From Dictyostelium discoideum (Eukaryota): 64,000 nt of DNA. The stretch spans positions 2,336,001-2,400,000 of the forward strand of contig CM000151.3 in NCBI GenBank assembly GCA_000004695.1. The letters are read 5' to 3'. Under the pieces are notes generated by a model. It was given only the letters and a program-made list of their open reading frames with translations, had not been told where the DNA came from and did no database searches. The position numbers and the translations under genes are program-made. Below, in pieces: positions 1 to 14,684 of the stretch; position 1 is the stretch's first letter; every line of letters begins with the position of its first letter.

Positions 1-92
1 TACAAATTATTGTTGATAATGTTATTAATCCAGAATCTAAATTAATATTATCTGTTGTTGTTATTGAATTATTATTATTATTATTATCATTA

Positions 93-123
<31 letters not shown>

Positions 124-2175
124 CATTATTATTTAAATTTGACCATCTTAATAACCATTGAATTTCAATTGGTGATTTTTGATTTGAAGGATTAATTTCT
201 AAATCTTTAATTGATTTTGATAATTTTGGAATGATTGCTCTATTTAATAAAGAATCCATTGAATTTGATTGGAAAATATTTTTCCATGGTGTTAAAATCT
301 TTATTGCAGATTTATCAGAAGGATGCCAATCTTGTAAGGCACTAATTATCTTTTGACGAATTAAAGGATAGAATGATTCCAATTCACTACCTAATAATGG
401 TATCCAAGGTAATAACCAATGATCCAATGGTATAGGATCAGTTCTAGGATCCCATTTCTCTATTGCAACTTTTAATTTTGGTAAAATCGATTGTTCCAAT
501 AATGCCTCTTGAATAACGTCTGGTAATGTATCGGACCATGTCGAAATTAGTGTTGCAGCATTTGAAGGTTTCTTTACATCCCATTGACTTCTAAGGTAAT
601 TTTTAAACTTTGGTAAAAACAAATCTCTCATAATTAAAAAGTAAACATTGATTTGATATTCACCCAAAACTGATACACTCTCTTGAAAAAGTTGTCTCCA
701 TTTCACCATTTCTTTTGAAAGTTTTTTACTAATTTCTAAACTACTATTATCATTATTATCACTATTTGATTCTAATTCCCATTGATTTAATTTCTCCTTT
801 AATAATGGTTCTAATAATTCTTTTTGTAAATTATATAATTTAAAATTTTGATATTCTTTTGGATAATTTGATTTCAATTTCTTGAAAACTTTATATAATT
901 GTTTTAAATCTAATTGCGATTGATCCAATTGTTTCTTTACGGTTGTTATTGTTTCTAAAATCTCTGTTACTTTTTTAATTTGTTCTTTATCATTTTCAAT
1001 AGTTAATTTCAATTTCTCAACACCTCTTGTTAAATTATTGATTTTATCATTTTCATGTTTAATTTTATTATCTTGATTTTGAATATCAATTTGTTTTAAT
1101 TTTAATAATAAATCTACATTATGTTTTAATTCACTTAATGGTTTTGATTGATCATCTAATATTGATGTAATATTTTGATATTCTTTATTATGTTGATGAT
1201 GATGATGATGTTTATGATGTTTGATTTCTTCCATACCTGTATACAATCTTGCTTCTGGACCACGCATATCAATTACAATTTGAGGTGTTGATGATGTTGT
1301 TGTTGTTGCTGTTGTTGTGGTAGTTTTCTTTTTAAAAGTTGTTGTAGTTGTTGATTCTAAATGTTCATCAAAATCATATTTTAATTTTGGTTCTTTCTTT
1401 TTCCAACCTAATGATCTCTTATTTTCATTATCACTATCAGTATCACCTTCACTTTGATCACTATCGTCGCTATCATCACTACTATTAACATTTAATTCTG
1501 TAACAGATGCTAAACCAGCATTTTTAGGTCTAACTTGTACTTTAATTGGTTCAACCATACCGCCACCATCACGACCTAAACCACCTGTACCTTTATAACC
1601 CATTTTTGATAATAAAGCTGCACCAATACCACCAACTGGTTTATCTTCAATTGATTTATCATTATCACTATCATCATAATTATTACCACCACCACCACCA
1701 TATTTATTCTTTTTTTTATTTTTCTTTTCTTTTTTTTCTTTTTTCTCTTTTTTCTTTTGTTTCTTTTCTTTTTTTTCTTTTTTTTTTTTTTTTTTTTCTT
1801 CACCGTCATCATCATCGTTGTCAATATTTTCACCATCTTTATTTTTTAATTTATGTTCATTTGGTTCATAAATACCACTTGCAACGAAACCAACTGGTGT
1901 TGAATATCTTTTTTTCATTTTATAATATTCCTCCTCTGTCATTTTAGATTCTTCTTCATCTTCATAATCTCCCCATCCATCATTAAATACACCATAGATT
2001 GCATCTTCTTTTGTAAATTTTCTTTTTTTTTTTATATCTTCTTTCATTTTTTTTTTTATTTTTTTTTTTTTTTATTATTATGTAAATTAATATGTAAAGC
2101 AATTAAAATTAAAATTAAATACTAAAACTTACCATTAAAATTATAAAATTCTTCGTCATCCCCCTCAATATTCAT
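1..2175 (-). CDS. Tuftelin-interacting protein 11 (TFIP11/STIP/Ntr1-like) spliceosome disassembly factor with G-patch and GCFC domain. The 3' end runs off the window. Probable 4-nt-phase first exon 2133-2175 (MNIEGDDEEFYNFN), intron about 2041-2132 (GTAAGT donor), then a continuous exon down to position 1.
   Basis: Minus-strand translation gives EDAIYGVFNDGWGDYEDEEE...KKRYSTPVGFVASG, then a G-patch (GGIGAALLSKMGYKGTGGLGRDGGG), then ISALQDWHPSDKSAIKILTPWKNIFQSNSMDSLLNRAIIPKL. These align with human TFIP11 motifs ([50 protein letters not shown]). No stop is reached before coordinate 1. Confidence 0.8.
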
Positions 2176-2301
2176 CGTTTGATATTTCTCGATTGTTGAA
2201 TTTTTGAAAACAAAAAAAAAAAAAAAAAAAAATGAAAACAAAAAAATTCTTTAATTAAAAAAAAAAATAGTATTATGTAATAAAAAAAACATAAAATATT
2301 T

Positions 2302-2335
<34 letters not shown>

Positions 2336-2467
2336 TTTTTTTTTTGGTAACGGTCCTAGTTTCGTATTTTTTTATTCTTTTCCCATAAGTGCGCTTTTCT
2401 TAAAAGATTGAATATAATATATAGATAAATTATAATAAAATAGAAACTCTTTATATTTTATATTACT

Positions 2468-2582
2468 CTCCGTTATTCCTCTGTTAGAGGTGTCATTGTT
2501 TTATATTTTATATAACAACACTATTATTCCTCTGGTAATATAAAATGTAAAACAATGGCACCTCTAACAGAGGAATAACGGT
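2468..2582. repeat. Long near-perfect inverted repeat (about 45-nt arms, 25-nt loop) forming a hairpin in intergenic DNA.
   Basis: Arm 1 (2468-2512) is ctccgttattcctctgttagaggtgtcattgttttatattttatat. Arm 2 (2538-2582) is atataaaatgtaaaacaatggcacctctaacagaggaataacgg. The inner 23 nt ccgttattcctctgttagaggtg and cacctctaacagaggaataacgg are perfectly complementary. Confidence 0.7.
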
Positions 2583-2674
2583 GTTGTAATAGTATAAAGG
2601 CACCACAATATAAAAATTAGTGGAATAATAGAGACCATTTTAAAACTCACATGCATTATTATAATTATTATTAT

Positions 2675-2722
<48 letters not shown>

Positions 2723-2934
2723 CAACATGTAAACTTAAGTTACCAGAATCAGTGCTTCCAAATATAATATCCTTTGACCAATTCATATAATTAATTACAA
2801 TTTTAATTTTAAATACCAACATATTTAAAACTGCATATAAAAAAAAAAAAATAAATAAATAAATAATACTACATTTTAAAATTAAACTTCATAAATAAAA
2901 CTAATTAAAAATGGATAAACACTTATTAATCAAT

Positions 2935-2953
2935 TAAAATAATAATAATAATA

Positions 2954-3025
<72 letters not shown>

Positions 3026-3050
3026 TAATAATAATAATAATAATAACAAC
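2935..3050. repeat. (AAT)n microsatellite, intergenic.
   Basis: Direct reading of about 38 AAT units with a few ATA/ACA variants. Confidence 0.9.
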
Positions 3051-3144
3051 ACTATATTTTAAAATTAAAATTCTTTGATAATTTAATTTAACAAAATTTT
3101 TTTTTTTTTTTTTTTTTTCTTTTTTTTTTTTATTATTATTATTA

Positions 3145-5351
<2,207 letters not shown>

Positions 5352-5745
5352 ATTATAAAATTTTATAATTTTTTATTGTTTTTAATTGGTGAAATTATTT
5401 TTTTTAAAAAAAAAGATTTTTTAGATTTTTTATTTTTTAAAAAATATAAATATCTCTAGAAATCTACAAACTGTTGACATAATGAAAAAAAAAAAAAAAA
5501 AAAAATCAAAAAAAATAAAATATTGCGTAATTGATTCTAAAATATCATATTTTACTCTTAAAAATATCCAAATTATTTGAAAAGGTTTTTAGAATTATAA
5601 TTCTTTGCTTTTTTTTATTGGTATGATTAAAAAAAAAAAAAAAAAAAATACAAAAAATGTGAATAATATCATAAAAAATATTATTTTCATATTTTTATTT
5701 TTATTTTTTTAATCATATTTTTTTTATTCATATTTTAATTTTTAT

Positions 5746-5779
<34 letters not shown>

Positions 5780-5940
5780 CAAATCAATAAAAAAATTAAA
5801 ATATGAATAAAAAAAATATGATTAAAAAAAAAAAAAAATAAAACCAAGAAATTCTTTAATATTAAAAAAAAAAATCATTAGTTGTGTTTAACATCACTAA
5901 TGATTATTATTATTTTTTCAATACAAAGGGACAAAAAATT

Positions 5941-6030
5941 CAAACAAGCACCCCAAGTTAAATTAATATGTAAAAAAAAAAAAAAAAAAATCCTCACATA
6001 TTAATTTAACTTGGGGTGCTTGTTTAAATT
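5941..6030. repeat. Perfect 30-bp inverted repeat (hairpin) with an A-rich 26-nt loop, followed by a small second stem-loop (cgtattaaatacg) and a T-run.
   Basis: caaacaagcaccccaagttaaattaatatgt (5941-5971) against acatattaatttaacttggggtgcttgtttaaa (5998-6030). Stems are GC-richer than the surroundings. Confidence 0.7.
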
Positions 6031-6065
6031 TCTTGTGTCGTATTAAATACGAGTGTTTTTTATAG

Positions 6066-6104
<39 letters not shown>

Positions 6105-6203
6105 AATTTTTAGTTTTGGTTACCAAGATTTATTTTAAAATATTGTTTTTATTATTTTTATTTCTATTATTTAAATTTTCATAGTGGACATCAACTTGAG
6201 TAT

Positions 6204-6687
6204 ACTATTCACCTTCTCGTATTGAATTTATATTTCTATAAACTTGGTAAGAGAAAATGATCCCACCATTTTGGACGTGGCGTTGCAAATTATCCAGACC
6301 TTCATTATCCATAAATTGATTCAAAACTTCAAAGACTACAAATACATAACAAATCAATTGTTATTTCTCTAACTTATCTGTCTTTAAATGATTTAAAAAA
6401 TTGCCCTAAAAAGAATTTATAATTGTTTGGTCTTAATAAAAGTTATTAATTTGTAATACATAATTTATTTTTATAATTATTTACTTACAAAACACTTCCT
6501 CTTGCCAAATAATTAAAATTATTGGATCCTCTGTATTGAATAATGGATCTTCATTATTCAATAATGGATCTTCACTTTTAAATGGTTTTTTGTCTTTAAA
6601 AAGTCGAATATATAATTTTAAAAGAATTGAAAATGGTTGTAAAAAAAAAAAGAAAAATACTTTATTTTGTAATAAAAACAAAATTAA

Positions 6688-6690
<3 letters not shown>
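6204..6690 (-). CDS. Possible small two-exon gene (EDP-repeat protein), weakly supported.
   Basis: ORF 6481-6690 (...EDPLLNNEDPLFNTEDPIILIIWQEEVF) ends at a GTAAGT donor at about 6483. An in-frame acceptor (tttgtag) opens a second exon at about 6346-6204 (FFEVLNQFMDNEGLDNLQRHVQNGGIIFSYQVYRNINSIREGE, stop). This second exon is GC-richer than the flanks. No homology recognised. Confidence 0.25.
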
Positions 6691-6724
<34 letters not shown>

Positions 6725-6907
6725 TAAAAATTATAATATTAAAAATTTGATTAAAAAAAAAAAAAACAAATAAAAAATAAAAAAAAAAAAATAAAAAAAA
6801 AATAAAAAGAAATTTGAAGAAACAAATTATTTAGTTAAATGTATTATTTGTTTATAATCGATCAAAATTTTTTTTTTTAACTGTTTAAAATCCATTTTTT
6901 TATTAAA

Positions 6908-8730
6908 TTATAATAATAAAATGATCATAAAGATAAAAGTATTAATGCTTATAAATAAACTTAATTTTGAAGATGATGATGGTTTCTCTGAACTATCACT
7001 ATCGCTATCACTATCACTATCACTATCACTATCACTGTCACTATCACTATCACTATCACTATCACTATCACTATCACTATCACTGGAATCTCTATTCTTA
7101 GAACTATTGCTACTAACATCTGAACTACTATCATTACTAGAAGAGGTAGGTTTTGTTATTGAAATTTCAATTGTATTTGATTGTTGTTCACCAACAGTGA
7201 AATATAATTGATAAATTTTATCACTTACAAGATTTGAATAGACATTGGCAATTGTTGAAGTGATGTAGTTATTTTTATCTTGTTGATTTTCGAAATAAAA
7301 TTTTAATGATTTGTTTGAACTTTCTTTTTCAGTAAAGATTGCAAGATTTACATTATCATAATCAAAATCGGAACCATAGATAATTAATACAGAGTCACCA
7401 TTAATCTCAATAACATCATATGATGTAATTGTTGGTGCATTATAACTATAGGTTATGGTTTCATTAATGTGATTATTTAAAGTTAATTGTTTTTTAATAT
7501 TTTTACCAACACCTTTTGGAATTGTAATTGTGAATTCTTTATTTGGTATTTCCAATGAGTGACTTTCAGAATCTCCAAAACTATACTCCCAACCTAAATT
7601 TGTACCATTAAATTGTAAATTTCCACCAGTTTTTGTTGAAAATGTTGTATTTGATTGAGTGATTTGATTTAAATTATAATCTGAACAATCTCTTGAACTA
7701 AAATAAAAACCATTTGGAAGAATTTTTGAATTGAGTTCAAGATCACATTTGAAACAATTTGGTAAATAGGATAATTCATTATTACTTAATGAAAAATCTT
7801 TTGGAAGTTGACAATATGATTCTGGAATTGATCCATAAATTGAACTATCAGTTATATAGAAACTCTCTAATGTTTTATAATTTGTTGATATATCTTCCAA
7901 CTCTGGTAATCCTTGATAAATTTCATTATTTGTTGATGAAAAACTTAAAACATTTGTAAAATCAATTGAATCAATTTCTAAATTACCATCACTTTCAATT
8001 ATTGAATTAATTGGAAATTTCATACATTTACTACATGTTGAAAATGATGATTCATATCCATTTACAATTCTATATATATATATATATATATATTAAAATT
8101 TTGTTAGTATATATATTTTTAGTTTTTTTTTTTTTTTTTTTAAATTAATTACATGTTAATTACAATTTAAAACCTGATAAATAATTTGAAAAATCATAAC
8201 CATTTGTAAATTTAAAAATTGAATTTGTAAGTGTTAATGATTCAAGTGAATTTGATAAATCATTATCCAATAATAGAAATTCCCAATTAGTCTCTTGTGA
8301 ATATCCATTAATTGTTAAAGTTTTTAAATAATTGAAATAATTTAAAACTGGTGCTACTGGTGATGAAACTGTACCGTTTGTGGTATAGGAAATTTCATAA
8401 TTTTCTAAATTTACCAATATTTTTGAAAAAGTTTCTGAAATCTCTTGAGTGAAACTTTGAGGATTTACACCAATTTTTAAAGTTGTTAAACTAAGATTTG
8501 GAATTGATAATTTTGAAAAACCAAGTGCATTTTCAATTATTAAAGTTTTTAATTTTGATTCAAACATTGATGATGGTACATTAACTGATACTGTACCTAT
8601 AAAAAATTCCTCCAATGTATCTTGAAATGTAATTGCACTATTCATTTCATCAAAATATTTATAAAATCTTTTATTTATAATAAAAAAAAAAAAATAAAAA
8701 TAAAAAAAATAAATATTAGTCCAATTTTTA

Positions 8731-8762
<32 letters not shown>

Positions 8763-9342
8763 GGTTTATAAAAAAAAAAAATACATACACTTTCTTAAGA
8801 TATTTTAAAGTACCAATATTTTTAATAGCTTCACCATTTCCTCCTATTTATTTTTAATAAAAATTAAAAAAAAAAAAAAAAAATTAATAATTAATTTTTT
8901 TTAAACATTATTAAAAAAAAAAAAACAATAACTTACTAATTTTTCCATTTTCATCACCCACATATATTGATGTTAAGTTGGTGAAAATTGCAAAATTTTC
9001 AAAGTAACACCAAGTTCCTGACATTGGATTACCTGGTTGAGAAAAATCAACACCTGTAATAATATAGGTATCTTCTGAATCTTCCATTAATTCACAAATG
9101 TATGCTCCAGGTTTACAAATATCATCACTTGACAGAGGTTGATTATAACATTGATAATAATTATTTTTGGCAACATTATCAATTAGGGTGCTAACCATTT
9201 TGAAACCATAATTTGAAACAAAAAATAATTCTAAAATAAAAATTATTAATAAAAATTTCATTCTTTTTTTTTCCTTTATTTGTTTTGTATGAATGAAAAA
9301 TAATATCCAAATAAAAAAAATAAAAAAAAAAAAAAAAAACAT
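6908..9342 (-). CDS. Secreted or cell-surface leucine-rich-repeat protein with an (SD)n acidic repeat and a hydrophobic C-terminus (GPI or TM). About 4 exons: 9342(or about 9262)-8936, about 8857-8790, about 8672-8162, about 8043-6908.
   Basis: Signal peptide MKFLLIIFILELFFVSNYG. LRR-type segments (NIGTLKYL, LSIPNLSLTTLKIG, LTLTNSIFKFTNGYDFSNYLSG, LSNNELSYLPNCF, GSIPESYC). A 24x SD repeat encoded by (AGTGAT)n at 6970-7090. C-terminal KLSLFISINTFIFMIILLL. Exon joins are in frame via GTAAGT, GTATGT and GTAATT donors. Confidence 0.6.
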
Positions 9343-9853
9343 TTTTGATTTCTTTTATTTAAAATTCTAAAAATATAAAAAAAAACCGATTTGAAAAATA
9401 TCAAAGAAAATCAACACTAAATTTTTTGCACAAGTCAGTTAAAGAAAAAAAAAAAAAAAAAGTGGGTGATTGAAATATTGATCTGTAATTTTTTTTTTTC
9501 TGTAACTGATCGGTGCAAAAAATGAAAACAAGGTTATTATCTGTAACCCCTACAATATATATATACATATATATAACGCCTTAATTCAATCTGATTATTT
9601 TAAAATAAAAAAAATTTTATTTATTATATAAAAAAAAATACTCTACCTGACTTTTTCTTTTTTTTTTTTTTTTAATATTTTATTATATTTTTTTTATAAA
9701 ATTTCTTATTTTCATTTTATTGTTTTTTTAAAATAGATAAATGAGTAACACAATAAAAAATTTAAATTAAATGGTTTTTTACCTTTTTTATTATTTTTTT
9801 CGATTATCCAAATTTGACATTAAAAAAAACCAATCAAACCATGTGGTGGCCAA

Positions 9854-9884
<31 letters not shown>

Positions 9885-10046
9885 CCGATATTCTATATCA
9901 TTTTGTTTTTTCGAGTTCTTTATTTTTATATACCAAATTCATATTAAAAATAAATAAAATCAAGTCATTGTTTTAAAAAAAAAATAAAATCAGATTTTAG
10001 TGTTTTTGTAAATTTAAAAAAAACGAATTTTGACAAAAATTATTTT

Positions 10047-10053
<7 letters not shown>

Positions 10054-10105
<52 letters not shown>
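10054..10105. repeat. Poly(T) homopolymer of about 52 nt, upstream of the gene at 10179.
   Basis: Direct reading. Confidence 0.9.
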
Positions 10106-10110
<5 letters not shown>

Positions 10111-10178
10111 ACGAAAAATTTGGCGTTATTACTTTTTCTTTTTTTTTTTTCATTTTCACCCAAGTAATTAGCATTACA

Positions 10179-12235
10179 ATGAATAGTTTAATTCTTAAAC
10201 TATCAAAACATGGTGCAATCCAACCATATCGAAAAAATAATATAATTAAATTATTTAGGGCCTACAGTACAACTATAAATAGTCAAAACAATAACACTAA
10301 AAACATAATTAATAATAATAATAATAATATCAACAATAATAATAATAATATCAACAATAATAAAAATAATATTAGTAATAATAATAATAATAATAATAGT
10401 AAAATGGTCATAAATAATAATAATAATAATAATCGTGATTTTCAAAAATCAATTTTATTAATGAATATTAAAGAACTATTTAAAAATAATATTAAACTTG
10501 CTATTGAATTGTAAGTTATTATAAAAAACACACACACACACAGTAAAAGATAAATAAATGAATTTTTATTAATAATTAATATACGAAATAATTTAAAATA
10601 GATTATCAAAATATTTTAAACAAAATAAATTTAATGACCAAGATGTTGAAATTTTATTCCAATGGTCATTAAATAATAGATATTTTACAAATATAGATTT
10701 AATGAATTTATTTTTAAAAAAATTTATTGAAGTAAATAATTTATTAAATATTCAAAAAGTTTTACAAGCTTGTCAAAATTCAAATACAAAAATGAATTTA
10801 GAAACCTATATAATATTAATTAGATATTTTACAGTATCAGAAATGATACCAAATTTAAAATCAATAATTAATTCTTTAAATAGGAATGAAGCAATCACTG
10901 AAGAAATTGCAAAACTTTATATAAATTCACTTGAACATAATGAAAATTTAACATCTCCATCACCATCATCACAATCATCACCATCATCACCATCACCATC
11001 AGTATCATCAGAGTCATCAACATCACCATCAGTATCATCAACATCACCATCAGTATCGTCAGTATTAGTAGCAAAACCAAAATCACATGTATCAATATAT
11101 TATGATTTATTTTCAGCATATTTAAGTTTAGGTGAAATCTCAACAGCAGAATATTATTTCGATTTGATTAAACCACATCCTGATGCATTTTTTAAATTAA
11201 TGAAATATTATCAAAGTAGTCCAGATGGTGTTGACTATAGTAGTAAAGTATATAAATTGGCAAATTCAGAACTTCAATATTTATCAAAAGATCTTTTTAA
11301 ATCTGGTCCATTCTTAAGGATTTTATCAAATCTCCCATTTGAAAAGGTTCAAAAATTGTTAAAGAAATTATATACCGATCAAATCATCTATGAAGATTTA
11401 ATTGCTTCAATCTTATTATTATATTTAGAGAATAATCCACAATGGGTAATCAATGTATTAGAGAATTTCTCAAAAATCATAACAAAACCTAATTTTTACA
11501 TTTCATTAGTTAAACAATTAGTTTTAAATAATGATATTCGAGGTATTATTAGAGTATTAACAGAAATTGGTGAAAAAGGTCATGGTTTAAATTCATGTCA
11601 TTATCAATATATTTTACAATGTTATTTTGAAGGAATTGAAAAAAATAAAGTTAATAACCATAATGAAGAGTTATATTTTGGTAATGAAAATGAAATTGAA
11701 AATTTAAATAAAATTTTAAAACATATTGTTAATTTAGATCCAAGTCAAGGTAATATTATGTCGACATTATTATTTTATAATCAAAGCTTTGGTAGTGCCA
11801 GTCAATTTCAAGCATTAGTGAATATATTTGAAAAACAACCAACTAAATATATCGATGAAGTTACATCCCAAGTTATTAGAAGTTTCATTCAATTGGATAA
11901 TTTCGATTTAGCAATGTTATGGTATATTACAAGATTTGAAAAGTATGGTTTAGGTTTAAATAAATCAATTATATTATCATTTTTAAATAATACAAATGAT
12001 GAAATGGTATATTCACATTACAAAAGACAACATAGATATTATCCAACTAAATTTACAATTAAACCAACTCAAAATGAATCTGATGAAATAACTGCAAATC
12101 AAATGAAATCAATCATTGATCAATTTTTAAAAGAACAAGAAATGTTTAAACAACAACATTTTATTAAAGATAATAATAATAAATTATATCAAGATAATAA
12201 AAAGAAATCAACAACAATATTAGAACAAGAAGAAG

Positions 12236-12267
<32 letters not shown>

Positions 12268-14046
12268 GTACCTTTAGAAAATTTAGAAATAAATAATAAT
12301 AATATTATTAAAAATGATGGAAACATTAATAATAATAATAATAATAATAATCAAATAATTAAACAAATTACAAAGAATGTTTATGAATCAAATAAAATAT
12401 CAACAATTAATGAAACTAATTTACATTTACAAAGTTTATTAAATATGAAATTAAAAGAAATTGAAAATGAAAAGAATGGTATTGGTTTTGAATTTAAAAA
12501 GAAAACATTTAATATTAATAAATCCAATTTATCAGAGGAGGAAGAGTCATTAACATTTGCAATTTCAGAAGATAATAAAGAAAAGATATTTTCAATGTTA
12601 AAGAATTATTTAAATAATAATATTTTACCACAAAGTAAATTATTGATATCAAGTTATTATAAACTTTGGAAATTAGATGTTGGCTTGTATAGTGAATTAA
12701 TTGAAATGTCACCACCATTCATTAGGATATTAGTATTCAATTGTCAATTCTATAATGATTTATTAAATTCGAATCCAGATGAAGCATTTAGATTACTTAA
12801 ACAAGAATCACCATTAAGTATACCCGATACACTATACAATACAATGTTGGAAATTTTCATTAAAGCAAAGAGAATGGACATTTTCATACCATTTTGTAAT
12901 CTAATGTTATCAACAAATATTGATATTGAACCAACCAATTTAGCAAGAATTAGTAAATCATTAATTCATGAAAATTCCAAAATTGGTAATATAGGTTTAG
13001 TTGTAAAGATATATAACCATTTTGAAAATAAACTTGAACAATTAAGAAAGTTAATTAAAAAACAAATGATTAAAGAATATGAAAATAATGATAATGATAA
13101 TGAAAATGATAATGATATTGATATAGAAGATTTTAATTTTACTGAAGATGATTATGAAAATGATACTCAAGAATATTATATGCAATTTAGTAAAAGATAT
13201 AGTGCAATGATGTCTCAAACAACTGCAATTTTAATGAATGAAGTAGCTGATTTGGGTCCTGAAATGTTGAGTGATGTAATTATTAGATTAAATGATAATT
13301 TGGTGAGAAGAGATCTTGATAACTATAGTTATAGTGCAATTGCTTCAATAATGCGTGCAGTTTCACTCTCCTTTCCATTGGAGCAAGGCTCACCTGTGAA
13401 ACTTTGGACATCTTATGAAAGACATTTCCCAAACAGATATAAAACCATTTTCTATGAACAATTATTCTATCGTTTACATTTATCAAACAAATCTTATGTG
13501 GTCAATTCAATACTCAGAAAGAATGAGAATATTCGTAAATATGTCAATCAAAGATTATTCCAAGCATTTATAGATTACGGTCATAACCATAATAATATGG
13601 AGTTGACGGTATTACTATATTCAACAGTGTTTAGAAATCTTCAAGAAATTAATAAAACTCCTCCTTTTAAAATCGAAAGAAGATATCATACATTATTAAT
13701 AAACTCTTTCGAATGGGTAATGAATCAATGTATTCAAACCACTCATGGGGCCAGTCAATTAAGATCTCTAGATGAACATAAAAATAATTTTGCTTTCTAT
13801 GAAACTATTTTAAAACATCTAAAAGAAGGTATATTGGTCGCTGATGATTATGTACATAATAAAGATTTGTCTTTATCCGATGAAACCATTAAGTTAATAC
13901 CTCATTTCGTTTCTTCAATTTTATCTCAACATCAAAAATTAAATCCATCTTTTGATCCAACCTCAATTAAAGTTCCAAAACAAATTGAATCTAAAGATTT
14001 AGAAAGTTTTATGTTTGATTTTATTTCCAAAAAGTCAAAAAAATAA
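10179..14046 (+). CDS. Large (about 1260 aa) helical-repeat protein with an N-terminal presequence-like region and poly-N tracts, possibly a mitochondrial PPR/TPR-like protein. Two exons: 10179-10512 and about 10600-14046.
   Basis: ORF 10179-10514 ends at GAATT followed by GTAAGT. An in-frame acceptor (aaaatag) at about 10598 continues LLSKYFKQNKFNDQDVEILFQWSLNNRYFTNIDLMNLFLKK into the 1114-aa ORF 10702-14046. N-terminus MNSLILKLSKHGAIQPYRKNNIIKLFRAYSTT is basic and hydroxylated. No specific family recognised. Confidence 0.55.
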
Positions 14047-14225
14047 AATAAAATAATTTAAAATAAATAATAATAAACTTTTTTTAAATATTTAAATAAT
14101 TTTTGATTTTATTTTATTTATAAAAAATAAAAATAAATTTTCAATTTAAACAATTATATTAAAAAATATATTAAAAAATAATAATAATAACAATATTATT
14201 ATTATTATTAAAAAATGATGAAAAA

Positions 14226-14300
14226 ATCTTTCATTGTGGAAAACAAAATAAAATAAAATAAAATAAAATAAAATAAAATAAAATAAAATAAAATAAAAAT
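14226..14300. repeat. (AAAAT)n pentanucleotide repeat, about 14 units.
   Basis: aaaataaaataaaataaaat... read directly. Confidence 0.9.
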
Positions 14301-14628
14301 AAAATAAAAATAAAAATAAAATAAAAAAAAATAAAAGAAAGAAAATAAAAAGAGTATTTAAAAATAAAAAAAAAAAAAGAGTATTTATAAAAAAAAAAAA
14401 GATATTTTTAAACCCAATCACAAACACCTATAACCAAAAAAGGTGCCCCTGGTATGAAAATAAAAAAAAAATAAAATAAAATAAAATTAAAATAAAAACT
14501 CATTAATTTGAAAAAAAAATATCCTGAAAAAAAAAAAAAAAAACTTTTTGTAGGAAGTTTTTTACTTTTTATTTTTTTTTTTTCATTAATTTATTCATTT
14601 ATTTATTTGTATTATTATTATTATTGTT

Positions 14629-14659
<31 letters not shown>

Positions 14660-14684
14660 TTATTATTCTTAATTTCTATAAAAA

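Noticed and set aside
2640-2822. 60-aa ORF on the minus strand ending in a poly-K run
   Set aside because: It runs through a poly-T tract and has no homology or adjoining exons. It is most likely the 3' UTR or intergenic region of the Fsl-1 gene.
14146-14427. ORFs made almost entirely of F/L/I/K/N (14146-14427, 21383-21685, 26603-26806, 36028-36273, 36978-37301, 39917-40150, 42864-43340, 52010-52301, 54147-54359, 58605-59077 and similar)
   Set aside because: These are translations of poly-T/poly-A and AT microsatellites in intergenic or intronic DNA. They have no start context and no codon structure.
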